Origin: Ramazzottius varieornatus
Lineage: Eukaryota; Animalia; Tardigrada
DNA length: 64,000 nt
Assembly (NCBI GenBank): GCA_001949185.1
Contig: BDGG01000009.1
Coordinates: 857,624 to 921,623, forward strand
Reading direction: 5' to 3'
The notes below the pieces were generated by a model, which saw nothing but the letters and a program-made list of their open reading frames with translations, was not told the DNA's origin and searched no databases. How positions within the stretch are numbered: position 1 is the stretch's first letter; each line of letters begins with the position of its first letter. The translations under genes and the position numbers were made by a program. Below, piece by piece: positions 1 through 13,067 of this stretch.

Positions 1-3000
1 ACAAGTCTCCTTTCTCCAAGGTCCATAACGATCGCTGGATCGCGCGGTGCGTCTGGAGGAGGAGGAGGGGAAACCTCGAGTACAGCAAAGAATAAAAGAA
101 GTGGAAAGTCTTCAGCGCGTCGCCTCAATCGAATCTGTCAAATTGACAGAGAAGTAAAACAGCTTTCGCACTTGTTGGAGATGCAAGAGGTTCGTCGAGT
201 GATTTATGCTTTTTACAATGCTCGCTCTTGCTTGCTGCATTGGTCTTTGAACTTGGTATCTCACACAATCGAATTTGGTGTTTTTATAGCGTGAGAGGAA
301 TAGAGCGATCATGGCGAAGATAACTTCGGGAACAACGACGACGGCAACCCCTTCGCAGCTCCCTGCTCAGAAATCCCACCCCGCTCATCACGATCTCGCA
401 TTTCACAGCGCTCTTGATGTCCGCTCAGCGAACCAAGCTCAAAAAGTGTCCATTGGCCGACCAATGCTGCTTCTCCACAGACAGGTTTGTACAACCGGAA
501 ATGAGTTTGCAGAACTTGGAAATCGTTTTTCCTGGTGGCGCACGCTTTCGGCTGATTACACCCGTAATGTGCGCCACCTGGGAAAACAACAGACCTTGAC
601 CAGATTGTTTTCCAAGTGCGCACGACGTCAGCTAACTGCACCGTAAAAGTGCGCCAGTTTGAAAAGCAATTTTGTTGGGAAGTTTTTTTGCCGAATCAGA
701 TCCTCAAATGGATTCTGGAAATATGTTTTGAACTGTGGATTAAGACTAGTGTGCTATTTCTTGTAGGACCAACTGCTGGCGACGTTGTCGTCGTTGTTCG
801 AGGTGGACAAGCATCGAATGGTGCAGATCCTGTTGGATCACTGTTCGTCGCGCGAGCAGTGTTTCCTGCTATACCAGCAGAACATTTTCCCAGTTGTGAT
901 ACGTCTAATCCACGATCCGTCGTGTGGAATTAGCGAAAGCCCGCGTGAGGTTCGTATGAAAGCGGGTCAAGTGCTCGATTTACTGGTGAACTGCCAAACG
1001 GAAGACAAACGCGGACGGCGTGAAAGAGCGGTGCTTGACTGGCTGCAAAAGATTCGCACCTATAACGATTTATTGATCAACTCTAACCACGATGTTTGCT
1101 CCACAGGTAAACACACTCGAAAGAGTATTACACTACAGCATACTGAGAATCTTGAAGAATCTGAATGCAGTTTTGTGGAAAAAAATCGAATAATTAACCG
1201 GTGAATTTTCAGTTTCGTAGTGAACGAAATTCGTAACTAATGAAGTGTGGTTAGATGGGTTCGTCAAAATTTAGAAAATCGAAAAATATGGTAAAACTTT
1301 AGAAACGACTTTTCCGGCAAATTTTTATTTTTGTGCTGTATTTTTCAGTACATTGGGAAACGGCAAAGATGGAGCTTTACAATGCCCTGCTGAGCTTGCG
1401 CAAGTTCTCATCGGGTGACGAGTATCGCCAGTGCATCTGCTTCCTGGGTGGCCTTCCGACAGTAGCCGAGCTCTTACAGTGCGATTTCCAGAAGTTTGGT
1501 GACAGTCCCGACACGGATCATTCGGAGATGCGGGTGTGTGCCTGCATGATCCTGACCAACCTGACGTTTGGTGATGGCGTCAACAAGGCTCTGCTCTGTT
1601 CCTCCCCGTCTTTTCTGCAATGTCTTACTAGTCTCCTTCGTGCCTCTAGCGAAGAACTGCGCTGGAATGTCGCAGCCGTGATACGCAACATCAGCTGGCG
1701 AGCTGACGTGGCCAGCAAGCACGCCTTACGCGAAGCCAAAGTACGTATGGATTTATGGACGCTCGGCAAACAAACTCGTCTAGAACGCTTTTCTGAGTGA
1801 CGCACTCTTTCATCTGATAACACAAACAACATGCGCCACTTCAACAAACGCTACCCGATTGGTTCCCTAAGTGGCGCATGTTATCTGTAATTTTGGCTGA
1901 AAGCTGCGCTACTCTGAAAGCTACTTTTGCCGAGCCCATAAATTATTTAGAGAAAATTTAAGACTTGAATTGAGTCGTTCTACCATGTCGAAATGTAAAT
2001 GGTTCCGAGGGACTGGAAAACAGCATCAGAATGATTCCATTAGAACGAAGTTCAAAGAACAAGTCAACAGAGTATGCGCGGATGTCGTTTATCGGTATAC
2101 TCGAGCAGTAGGATATGTAAGGGGCGCAAGTGTATGCAGGTTTATGCAATTCTGCGCCTTGTTCTAACCGACTTCCCAAATGGATTTTGCAACATCACGC
2201 CTTCTTCCAGATGGTAGTTCCGCTTCTCCGCGCCGCAATGGAAACCAATTCGGAAACGGCGCAGAAAGTATTCCTATCGGCATTGGCCAACTTGTCGGCG
2301 CACAACGATGAGAACCGGCAGGCGATCTGTTCATTTGACGGCGGCTTGGCCTTCCTAGTAAACCGCCTGTCATATGAAAGTCCTTCGCACAACCAAAGCG
2401 TGGTGGAGTTTGCTGGCGGCACCCTCAGAAGTGTTTCATGGTTGGTTTGTTCTTGAGCAAATAGATGATATTTCGGGTGTTTACGGTCGATATACCTTAC
2501 TTTATTGCTTTCGATATCACATTGCGTGGGTTCTTTACTTCTTTTACGTCCATGTTTTCCTGGAAATTTCCATTCTAACGTTTTCAAGAACCTACTTTTT
2601 TTATTTTTGTTTCGAATGATTTGTATTTCGTGGTTCATTGGGAGTTCGGCGAACGAAATCGGCCAGTCTGTTTTCCCAAGTGACGCACGTTGTCAGGGTG
2701 TTTGGCTGGTACCATGCGCTACTTGAAAGAAAAGGTCTTGCCGATCTTCCAGTCAGCTCTTGTACTTTGTTACAATATATTTTTTAGCAGTGATTTCGTT
2801 ATTAATATGTCGGAATTCAAGCTGACACCTTTCTTGCTTTTGCAGTGTGATCGCACTCCGTCCCGAGTACCGGCAGATCCTCCGCGAGAATAACTGCCTA
2901 AAGATCCTCGTCAGCCACCTGAGGTCCCCGGTACCAGCCTGGACAACCAACGCCTGCGCCATTCTGTGGAACCTTTCCGCACGCTGCGTAGAAGACCAGC

Positions 3001-6000
3001 AGCTGTTGTTCGACTTGGGGGCGGTGCCTTTACTGGAAAGCCTGTCCAAGAGTAGGAACAACGAAGGTGTGGCCATAAGTAGTGCCAAAGCAGTGAGAAA
3101 CCTGCGTAATGCTGAGACCATGGGGCTGATAGCCACGTCGAGTAGCAGAGGTGCCGGAAGGACCTTTGGCAGTAACGTACCTTCGCGGAGGGCAAGGAAC
3201 AGTCGACGTCCCGTGGGAAATCATGAGGCGCAGATTCATTCAGCTGACAGTATCCAGACGGATGAGTTCGACAGTGACGAGTCACCCGAAAGGATGGTCT
3301 CCATGTCGGTACCAGCCAGTCCGCTGGTTTCAAACCGCTTCGTAAAGGTAAGTTAGATGTTACCATCCAGAGAGAACATGATACAAAATTGTCGAGCAAT
3401 GAATCTACCCCGTTTCCCGTCTCAAGTGGCGCACGCTCTCAGCCAGTACGGCTGGATACGTGCGCCACTTGGGGAGACAGACTAAAAGATTGTTTTCCCA
3501 AGTGGCGCACGTTTTCGGTCTTTTTGGTATAGAGTTTGCGCCACTTGAGAAAGATGGTCTGCGTAAAATCGTTCGTCGACGTCTTAGATATTTCATAGGC
3601 AGGTAAAACTTCCAGTGTCTTAGCAGTGATTATAAGGGTGTGATATCCCCAAGATGGAATGTTTCTGGAATCTCCGCGTTGAATGGACATTGAACTGTCT
3701 TTTAGAGAAGTCTTCTTTTTTCAGCCTCACATTGCAGTAAAGATGAATGGTCCGCCGGAGCAGAGCAACGGAGCCTTCTTTGCCGGTTCGCATCACTCTC
3801 GATCCACGCAACGCCCCACGAAGGAAGACCTGCAGGCTTCTTTCGTTGACCGGTGCCACTCTCCGCCGGTCAGTCTACCCAACACCCACAGCACAGTCCG
3901 ACTTCAGAGTGAGCATTCAGCGTCGCAGTCGCACACTTCCAGCAATGGCTGGTCCATCTCATCGCACCACAATCAGTATTCTTCTTCGTCGGTCTTCAAC
4001 CAGTATACCGAACCTTCAGCGGAAGACCTTTGGCCTAAAGTGAGCTCCAGTCACATGGTCCCGTCCTACCTGTACTCCAATAGCTTGGGCACTCAGCTGG
4101 AAGACGATGGAAAGAAATACTTCGTGGCACCTGAAGGGGACGACTTCGATCCGGAGAATCAAGACACGATCAAACAATACAACACCGAAGGTACCAGGAA
4201 ATGTACACGTAATACTTGTCGAGCTCTGTGACTTCACAGACACATTGGCTTGTCGACGAACCCTTATCGTGTTTCTCTCGCTTGTTATTTTATCCTTATT
4301 GAAGTACGGTACAGCACTCAGTAGCTTGCACACGGTTTCATTCGAACACCATCGGACTACGCGGCAGTCGTGCTGGGAAAGTACTAAGTTCATTACGCTC
4401 GCGCACGATGTAATCGAAAGACAATGATACTGTGCGCGAGTCGGGCTGGGAGGAACTCGATAGCTTTTTTTCTGGCTTGCTGTATCCATCAGTTCGGGCC
4501 TTTGAAACATTTCTTGTGTTATAGGTACGCCGCAGTTTAGCACGAATGTTTCGACCTGCGATCTGCGCAGTGTCATGACAGAGAAGCCCCTTTTCCCCTT
4601 CAAGCCGAGAGAGCCGATGCTGATGCCGTCGGTGCCTGTCAGACCTCCATTGGTCCTGCCGAAACCCGCACATCCTGTCGTATTGTCCACGATGGCATCC
4701 ATGATGGTCTCTCGCTCATCCACCCCAAGTGGTATGAGCGAGGTGGACTTGGTGTTCAACGATGTCGATAGCATTACGGAGCGGCAGTCAGTCTACAGTG
4801 AGATTAGTCGGCGACCCAGCGAAGCCGTCTCTCCCAGCGAAATTCCTGCTTCGCCCTCTCTGATGCGCCCGACCTCGAGGAACAAGCGGAGAATCCTGCC
4901 GGCGCCGCCCGTAGAACCTAAAGAACCCTCGCCACCTCCGCCGCAACCGGTCGCCAGTGACCAGGAAGAAGAAAGGAAAGCGAACGCCATCCCAAGTGAA
5001 GGTACGCCAATCATTTTCCTAAGCGGCGCACGTTTGCCGTGCTGTTGCCTGGTAGTGTGCGCCACTTGATGAAAGGTGCTTGTCAAGTTTGCTGCAACAG
5101 TCTTTCGGTCAGTTATTTCAAGGTCTTGTCCTTCGTTTTTTAGAGTCAAAGGCCGAAGAAGAACCCAGCTCGAAAATACCACCGGCGGATGAGAGTGAGC
5201 CGAATACGAAGGAAGAGGAAAAGACTGGTGAGTATGAGGCGGAAGAAGACGATATGCTGAGTAAGCTGATCGATATGGGCATGAAGAACTCCTCCAATAC
5301 GGGAAGCTGGAAGCGAAGCTCGAAGAATAAGAAGCTGTCGATCGCTCCGACAGCTAAGTTAGACACGGGGACGAGCCTCACCAACGGAACTGCGGTCAGT
5401 ACGCCAAAAGTCGCCAGTCCGCCGGTCAGTGCGAGCCAGCCAGTCTCTGGATTCCTGGAAGGCTCGCCATCGAAAGGGTCACCGATCCTCGACACGGTCA
5501 AGATCTTCTCGAACGAAGGTAAGTCGTAATACCAGTTCGTTTAGCGTTCTTCTCCGGAGCATTTCAGTAAATTGTTGGGTACTTTATTATTACAGGAATG
5601 TCTTCGGCAACGTCGATGAACAGCTTGGCCTTCTCCGTCATGTCCATGGAGGAAATCAAGCCGAACTGGGGCTTCTCACCTCCACCTCACCCTACCCTCA
5701 CACCGACATCGAGCTCAGCCCCAGCCGTTTCAGCAGACAACTTTCCAGCTCAAGGCGCTTCCACTAGCAAGGACCAAGCAGTACCACCCGACCAGTCCGA
5801 AGCCACACTTCCAAAGGAAGGACTCACCCCATCTGGCTTTCCAGACGCAAGCGATGGCCAACAGGTGGATGAAGCAACTACAGACCAGCAGGTACGAAGG
5901 GAGCAGCAACGAAAGCCACTGTCGGAAATGCGCCTTCCTTCCGAGACGTCCTTCAAGTGGCCTCAACCACCGCTGAACTTCCCTCATCCAACTTCACCTC

Positions 6001-8723
6001 GTGGTCCAGCAGTCCCTCCTCGCACTTCTTCCGTCCAGTCTTCCACCCAGTCCACCCCGACGAACCCCAAAGAGACCAGAGAAACAGTCGATAGACTTGA
6101 TCATGTCAATGTACTTTCTGAGATAACTGAGAAACAGTCTGTGAGCTCTGTGGAAAACGTGGCGTCGAGCGATGTTCCACCACCAGTTCCCCCTCCGTTA
6201 ATCTCATACAAAGAGAAAGAGGTCTCGGAAGATTCGGCTTGTGTCGTGCAAGACTTTGACGACGACGTGGCGGACTTGTTGACGGACTGTATCTACTCGG
6301 TGCTTCCCACTCATGCAGCTTCGTCCAAGAGAGAACACAAGTCGTCGGGGTTAGGCCGCAAGTCGGGTACCAGTAGTCGTGAAGCCAAGCACGGGGACTC
6401 TGACAAAGCCAATCCTCCTTCCGAACGAAAACTTAGAATTCAGAATTCGGTCGTGTCGCGGGGCAAGAGTGACAAGCTGATGAATGGACAAGTCGCCAGC
6501 GCCGAACACCAAGGTGAAAATTCGTACCTGTATAGATTCAAAAAATCTCTGAAGAAAAATCAAGTTCAAATTTATCGACAGAGGGTGTTTTTCCCAAGTG
6601 GCGCATACTTTTGGTCAATAACACTGAAAGCGTGCGCCACTTTGGAAAGCAATCAGACTCGGCAAGATCGTTTTTCCAATTGGCGCACGATTTCTTAGCG
6701 AATAACACTGTTAGCGTGCGCAACTCGGGAAACTAATCTTGTCCAGTTTGAACCTGCTGCGCTCTGGGTTACCGAAAGTTTCTTGGTGTTTTCTCAGAGG
6801 GAGAAAGATCAAGTTCCCATCCACCACCGCGTTCCCAGTCGTTCGATATAACGGCAATCAAGAACGACGCGCAACACGCTGCGCCATTCAAACCAAGCAA
6901 GGAAAGGCTCCGTCTGCCGTTGACTCTGCCCAACTGCGAGACACAAGTACAGCAGCAAGTTAACCAGCAGCACCCAGAAACCTCCAGCAAGGTGGCAGTT
7001 ATCTGGGTAGAGCAGGCTCAGACTCAGAGCAGTACATACTACGAAGGTGTCCAGAACGGTGGCGGGGCCCTGAAGAGCTCGAAAGAAGTTCCGTCCCCCT
7101 ACATGGACTTTGACCAGATTAGTCTGATCGAGTCCGGTCTGGCCTCGAGGTTCTCCACGTCGGAGATGTCGGGGGATGACGATGTACCGCAGTCTTCATC
7201 AAGAGTCCCGAGGAAGCACGCTCGCATAGTCAAGCCTGCCACCAAGCCAGAACCGCGCAGCTTGAACGAGGGACTGAGCAAGTTGGAGCAACCGGTGAAG
7301 AAGGTCCGCGGTCGAGGCGGACATCGATCGCACTCAGCTGCTCATGTCGACCTTCCTGGACCAATCAACACTATCTACGCAACCGGTAACAAACTCTGAC
7401 AACCGACTGTAAAGCATTAAATCCAAAAAATTGTTGGATTAAAAAATACATCGAAAAAAATGAAAACTATCGTTCCGATAATTGTTTCATGGCTTGAAAG
7501 CTCGGTAGACAAATTGACCAAGATTGTTTTCCCTAGTGCCGCAGGCTTTCTGCTAATAGTACCGACAACGCGCGTCACTTTGGCAAACAACCCTCAACGA
7601 GATCGTTTTCCCAAGTGGTGCACGTTTCCGGTGTTATTATGTGGAGCCGTGCGCCACTTGGAAACCTGTCGCTGTCGAGTTTGTCTGGGTCTCGGCTCAA
7701 TAAAGCTGTATCGGATGGTAACCCTAATCTTTTGCTCTTCCGATAGGTATGTATTCTCCCAAGAAAGAACCAGAACCCGACTATAACGCCATGGCCGCGT
7801 CCCACAGAAAGACGGTCGACGCCGAAGTACTTCCCGTGCCTTCGCGACTGCTGAAGCAGGGAACCTTCACGAAGGATCGATCTAACGGAATGGCCATACC
7901 TTGGATCGTTCCCGAAAACGACCTCACTGCCCAAGCAGCTATCGTAAGATGGAATGTCGGCAAAAGAATTTACCCAGATCGTTTTCTCAAGTGGCGCACG
8001 TTTCCATTAGCTGAGAGCGTACCTCTCTTGGGAAAACGAGCTGGGTAAGTTCATTTGCCGACGTCGCAGATCTTTCTTCGCCTTTCTGCAGTTTTCCAGT
8101 GTTTCCCGCGCAGCTTATCAGGGAAATTTGGATGGTTTATTCGCATCGTCAATTTTTTATTACAGAGAAAAAGACACGCGAGCACGACTCGCGGTGAGAA
8201 CATCACGTCATTCTCTCGGGAAGGTCCTCGCTCCCGATCAGCTCGTAGCGCCACCAATCTCGTTCGCTCAGCGTCAGGCCACAACCTGGCCGAACAGCTC
8301 AATGGGCTGTCGCTTCAACAAGCCGAGCGAAGTGTCCCTTCCGTCTCACCGAAAACCACCAAGTCTTCCAGCTCAAGCTCCAAATCCCCGACGAAGAAGT
8401 CCCAGCCTGTCGCCAGCAAGATCGCTTCTCTATGGCGCAAGCACGACAGCGACGCCAAGAAGAAGGAAGACAAGAAGACGGGTGAGAAAGAAAAGCATTC
8501 AGGTAACACTGTCGAGTCCAATGAAGGGAAGCCTGACGGAATCAAATCTCCGGCCTTATCGGAGAAGTTCCGGTCAAGTCGAGGCCTTCCGGGCTTCTTG
8601 TCACAACGCAAGTCAGCCACGCTACCGAAGAAACTGAAGAATGGGTCGCCGGTCAAACTGACCAGCTATGAAGACCGGAAGAATAACGGTAACGGCTCGG
8701 TCCATCCCACAACGGCCGTTTAA
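1..8723 (+). CDS. APC: Adenomatous polyposis coli (APC) homologue, multi-exon, 5' end upstream of the window
   Basis: Armadillo-repeat exons (~1350-1740 'CMILTNLTFGDGVNKALLC...AVIRNISWRAD', ~2211-2440 'LSALANLSAHNDENRQAIC', ~2846-3347 'YRQILRENNCLKILVSHLRS...CAILWNLSARCVEDQQLL'). 20-aa-repeat-like motifs (IKQYNTEG|TPQFS; VKIFSNEG|MSSATSMNSL), a CID-like 'SEISRRPSEAVSPSEIPASPS', SAMP-like 'EDDMLSKLIDMGMK' and 'DLLTDCIYSVLP', a basic tail and C-terminal PDZ-type TTAV* at 8723. Frame 1 is open from base 1. Some internal splice sites are approximate. Confidence 0.93.
1759..1937. repeat. Palindromic element, two-core copy (APC intron)
   Basis: gctcggcaaacaaactcg...two cores...ttttgccgagccc. Confidence 0.85.
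3405..3575. repeat. Palindromic element, two-core copy (APC intron)
   Basis: Cores start at 3424 and 3500, both with 25-nt spacers. Confidence 0.88.
6565..6760. repeat. Palindromic element, two-core copy (APC intron)
   Basis: Cores at 6596 and ~6678. Confidence 0.85.
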
Positions 8724-9527
8724 TTCTGAGATAATGGATCAAAGTTTCGAACATTAAGTTTTATAACTGCCTTTGAGTTTTTATAATTTCTGCTTTGACG
8801 ACAGCCAAGAGGTCTGTAAAGGGCTTTCCGGCCAGATGTTGTTAGAAAATTTTCTAGTGTTATCTGTTATTGTACCCAAGAGGGCTTCTGTTACGAAACC
8901 ATGCATGATGTCGAGGAAGACGTTTTCTCTGAATTTTTGTTGTTGGTCAATTAATCTAAATAATAAACACAAATTTTCAGATTAGCTAGAACATGATTCT
9001 ATGAAGTCTTGCAAGCGAGAGGTCGGCAAAACGAAACTCACAGGTTATCTCAAGCGGCGCACGGCTCCGGCTAGTAACAATGAAGGTGTGCATCACTAAG
9101 ATGACGCTCTGGTAGATTTCTTTTACCGGCTTCCTCTGTACGTCCAGAAACTGGATTGAGACTGCTTTTGAGTATAGCTGCCATGATTATAATATCGTCC
9201 ACTCATCAGCTAAAAATTAACGAACCCAGACTGCATCTTTGCGGGAAAATCCGAGGTAAGAGGTACTGTTTTTCGTATCGAATAAGTAGTTTGTTTTGCG
9301 ATATACCGGTAGTGCCGTAAAATTATAAAATGGTTGTGCTCATAGGTTCAGTTTGCCGCCGTCTTCGCCCTGCATGATCCAGTATGCTGAAAGCCATCGC
9401 CGCCGTAGAGTTGGGTAAAGGGAGATCGTAGAAAGATGTGGGAATGAATGAAGGAGCACTTCGCTAGATCCCGAAGGTCTGCGCAGGTCACCGATCGAGG
9501 TCTTCATTGCAGGCTGGGACCGGAAGG

Positions 9528-10059
9528 TCAGCTGGACAGCATCTCTCCCAAAGTACTCAATATCAGGTACTTCTTAATGGCTATCGGCGATGTACAGTCG
9601 GGTATTATTGTTCCTCGATTCCGCACGCAGTCGCGACTACACAAAGTAAGAAACAGAAAATTGAAATTGCCATGGGATGTATTGGGAACTAGGCAAGCAG
9701 ACTCGACAGACTGTTTTCCTAAGTGGCGCACATTTTCCGTGCTATAGGCCGAAACTGTGCGCCACTTGGAAGAACGATTTCAAGTTTTGCGTGAATTACC
9801 TGCACTTCCTGTGCTCGAACACATCTCCCAAAATATCATGACACTGAGCGCAGTTCGCTGGAAGAAATAAAACAGAAAAAGTTGTGAGGACTCGCTTCAG
9901 ATCGAATTCAAGGCGGAACTGGCCGAAAAAAACGTTACCTATGCATATGGAGATGGTGTTGACTGCTTCCTTGGGAGCGACAGGGGCAGATAAGGCATGT
10001 TGGGCAAGAAGCATGGCCACGACCAGCCCGATAAAGGTCATGAGTAGAACTTTCGTCAT
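9528..10059 (-). CDS. Eh: Eclosion hormone-like prepropeptide, paralogue A (3 exons)
   Basis: Exons 10059-9939, 9857-9800 and 9636-9528 joined by GT-AG introns give MTKVLLMTFIGLVVAMLLAQHALSAPVAPKEAVNTISICIANCAQCHDILGDVFEHRKCSRDCVRNRGTIIPDCTSPIAIKKYLILSTLGEMLSS: a signal peptide plus the six-Cys EH pattern CIxNCAQC...C...C...PDC. Confidence 0.9.
9684..9790. repeat. Palindromic element, single-core copy (EH paralogue A intron 2)
   Basis: aagtggcgcac-attttccgtgctataggccgaaact-gtgcgccactt at 9721. Confidence 0.88.
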
Positions 10060-10669
10060 TTTCTTCTGTTATAAAATAATCGCACCAACAAACAGAGTGG
10101 CGCGGAGAAAAAGATGACAGAGAATCCGTGCGGCTTCCCTTCAAATACTAAAAGTCAACCAACGTCACTCCAACTTCAAAGGATTTAGCCGGGCAGTAAG
10201 GCGGCAGAAAGATAAGACTTGATGGATACGACAGGCCAATGACATGCAAGGGACTTTTCAGGGATGGAAGGTGCATCTGAAGAACCCACGCACCCAACTT
10301 GTGATTGATACAGGAAGTTTGGTAGTACGACAAGTTGGGTTTTGCGGAGGACCAACGTGAGCGGTTTTATCGCAGTAAGAATCTAAGGCCATATCGTAAA
10401 GAAGTCATTTCCTGCATCCTTTCCTGTTTCCACCACACCTTTTCACAAGACTACAAAAGCAACAGGAACATCAAATACGCACGCAAACACGTCAACGGGT
10501 GCGTTAGATAGGTTTTCGAGAGCCGCGCAGAACGCGAAAAACCCCCCTTTATGTGCGCGTGTTGTTAAATGAAGAAATTGTAAAGGGGTGTACAGGAGTC
10601 ATACCCAGAGAATATCCTGTCTTAGCACATTTCGGTGGAACTATGAAGTGCCATGGGGTTAACACAAAT

Positions 10670-10866
10670 GGGACCTCAGCAAACAAACTCGACCAAATCG
10701 TTTTTCCAAGTGGCGCACTTCACCAGCCGACATCAATTATAACGTGCGCCACTTCAGCGAACGCGCTCGACAAGATTGTTCTTCTAAGTGGCGCACGTTA
10801 CCAGCCAACAGCACTGAAAACTGCGCCACTTGAGAAACGACTTTGTCGAGTCTGTCTGCCTGGCTC
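10670..10866. repeat. Palindromic element, two-core copy (intergenic)
   Basis: Cores at 10708 and 10786 with both outer arms present. Confidence 0.88.
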
Positions 10867-10953
10867 TCAAATTACATCTTCACTTCCGGTAGGGACTACT
10901 GTACATTATGACAAATTAAAACATACAAACTGAACTCACTGTGTGAAAAAAAT

Positions 10954-12315
10954 TCAGGTGAATCTTGATCTTTTAGTCAGGCGTTCAGGAGAGGACGTTA
11001 ATTCTGACTGCGCCGTTGCAGCTGGGTTTGACTGTTCTGAAGTCGTCTCAGATTCGTAGGTTGGTACATTTGCACAATAGAAAACATAACGAGGATCTTT
11101 CTCTGTGATCTCAGGGGGAAAGAGTGCTCGACTGGCGTAACATTGGACGGTGATGTTCAGATGCCGGTTCCAGAAGGGCGGTTTCGTGTTGCTTTCCAAG
11201 CTGGCGTCGATGTGGACTGTTTTCGGTGGACGCTTGCTGTGTACTGGAGACCTGTCCCGCGACCTCTCTCGGGATCTGTCACGTCTCTTTGGGCTGTCTT
11301 TACGGCTTTCTTTGTGGTTGTCTCTTCGGCTGCGGCTTCTGGGAAGCAACCTTGGATCGGCTGGAAGGTCGCGGTTGGGATCGGCCGGTGGCGGTGGTGC
11401 GTCACTGAATCGGGAACGGGGTTTCTCCTTTGGTGGCGTCGACGTCATGTCCGCCTTGGGTTTCGGTGGATCGGAGGTTTGTATCGATCGAAGGTATTCC
11501 CAATCTTCTTCCTTCAATTGTCCAATCTTTGCCCGGTTTGCTGTTGCCTTGTCCGAATTCGCAGACGGACTTTGACTCTTTTCGGTCTCGACGGCGGCCT
11601 TGGCTTCGCTCGGTTTCATATCCGGTGGCAGAAGCTGCGACAAGGATACGCAGTTGTCTCCAAAACGAATGTAACCAGGAGGTGGCTGGGAGGTTAGGTT
11701 GATTGATTGATTCTTAGGCCCTTCTGCCAGTAAGCGCGCCAACTGACTCTGTACGTAAGCCGCTACCGGTACCGGTAACAAGAGGGCCGTTTGTTCTTGT
11801 GTAACGTTAAGGCTGGAAAGAGAATGTGGTACTTGTGACTGATGCCCCTGCTGTGCCCCGAAGCTTCCTCCTGCAGCTTGGGGACACAGAGGTTGCTGTT
11901 GTTGTGTCCCGTTAAAGCTCCACTGAGAGTTATGCTGACCAGTGTTAGCGAACTGGAAACTGACACCTGTAACCTGCGAGCCACCGTTAAAGTTTCCATT
12001 CTGCTGCTGCTGCTGCTGCTGCGGACCAAAGCCTGGTCGAACGCACTGGTCTTGTTGTGAGTGGACATTACGGAAGTTAGGTGGTAAAGAAGGTCTAGAG
12101 AAGTGATTGTTGTCCAACTGTACCGCTGAATGAGGGCTTTGCTGTTGCTGCTGCTGCTGATGATGCTTGGCGTTATACATGGGCGTAGGATGTTGTTGTT
12201 GCCACGGTGTGTGCTGCTGGTGAACGACTGGAGCACCTACAGTGGCGCCACCAGCGCCGTATAATCGTACATCGGGCCTGCTGTTACAGTTTGCGAACAT
12301 TTCTCTTCCCTCCAC
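10954..12315 (-). CDS. Intronless 453-aa low-complexity protein (Gln-rich N-terminus, Pro- and Arg/Ser/Asp-rich C-terminal half), function unknown
   Basis: Uninterrupted ATG-initiated 453-codon ORF with polyQ tracts, 'RSRFSDAPPPP' and 'RSRERSRDRSP'. No family recognised. Confidence 0.75.
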   Translation of the reverse strand: MEGREMFANCNSRPDVRLYGAGGATVGAPVVHQQHTPWQQQHPTPMYNAKHHQQQQQQQSPHSAVQLDNNHFSRPSLPPNFRNVHSQQDQCVRPGFGPQQQQQQQNGNFNGGSQVTGVSFQFANTGQHNSQWSFNGTQQQQPLCPQAAGGSFGAQQGHQSQVPHSLSSLNVTQEQTALLLPVPVAAYVQSQLARLLAEGPKNQSINLTSQPPPGYIRFGDNCVSLSQLLPPDMKPSEAKAAVETEKSQSPSANSDKATANRAKIGQLKEEDWEYLRSIQTSDPPKPKADMTSTPPKEKPRSRFSDAPPPPADPNRDLPADPRLLPRSRSRRDNHKESRKDSPKRRDRSRERSRDRSPVHSKRPPKTVHIDASLESNTKPPFWNRHLNITVQCYASRALFPPEITEKDPRYVFYCANVPTYESETTSEQSNPAATAQSELTSSPERLTKRSRFT

Positions 12316-13067
12316 TCGACCCCCAACTCTTTACCAGAAACTTCACACTGCTTTTAGATATAAAAATATTCAATGACAAACCAACTTGCGATTTTCCCTC
12401 CCTTGAACTCTCCCAGTCCCACGAACGACGATGATCTACAAAAGGCGCTTCAAGCTGGCCGGACCGTTACGGCGAAGAAAACATTAAACGTGTCGAAAAC
12501 TTGGGTTCTGAAGGATTCGATCTGCTTCCTGCCTGGCTTTCCACCTCTCAGTTGCTAAGCTCAAACGTAACTACCGCTTAATATTGCCTTGTGAATTCCA
12601 TCTCCTGTCAGAATTTCGCTCTACTCGATGACGATCTGGCCTTCGGGAGATCGGTATATATCATGGTCTCAAACAGACAGTTGTCCTTAGTGGCGCAGGT
12701 TTTCACTGCCAGTGGTTGAGAACATGCGCCGCTTGGGGAAACTATCTTGTCGAGTTGGATTCCTCAGGTGGCGCACTCTTACGCTGTTATAGACTGGTAG
12801 TGTGCGCCACTTGGGAAAAAATCTAGGTGAAGGGCTTTCCCGACGAAAATCATCTATTTTCCTTTCCATTCCTGACTTTATCCGAAGAACTTGACCATAA
12901 AAACCCAAAAAAAGCAAAAAAAACCGAGTATCCCAGAAGTAATTATCATTCTCTTTTTGGTTGTAGGAAAAATCCAAGCGGTAAAGCCTCACTCTAGAAA
13001 TCAAAATATCGGAAAACTTCGTCGCCAGACTCACGGCAGTAGCAAAGAGAGAAAAAGTAGGAAGCGT

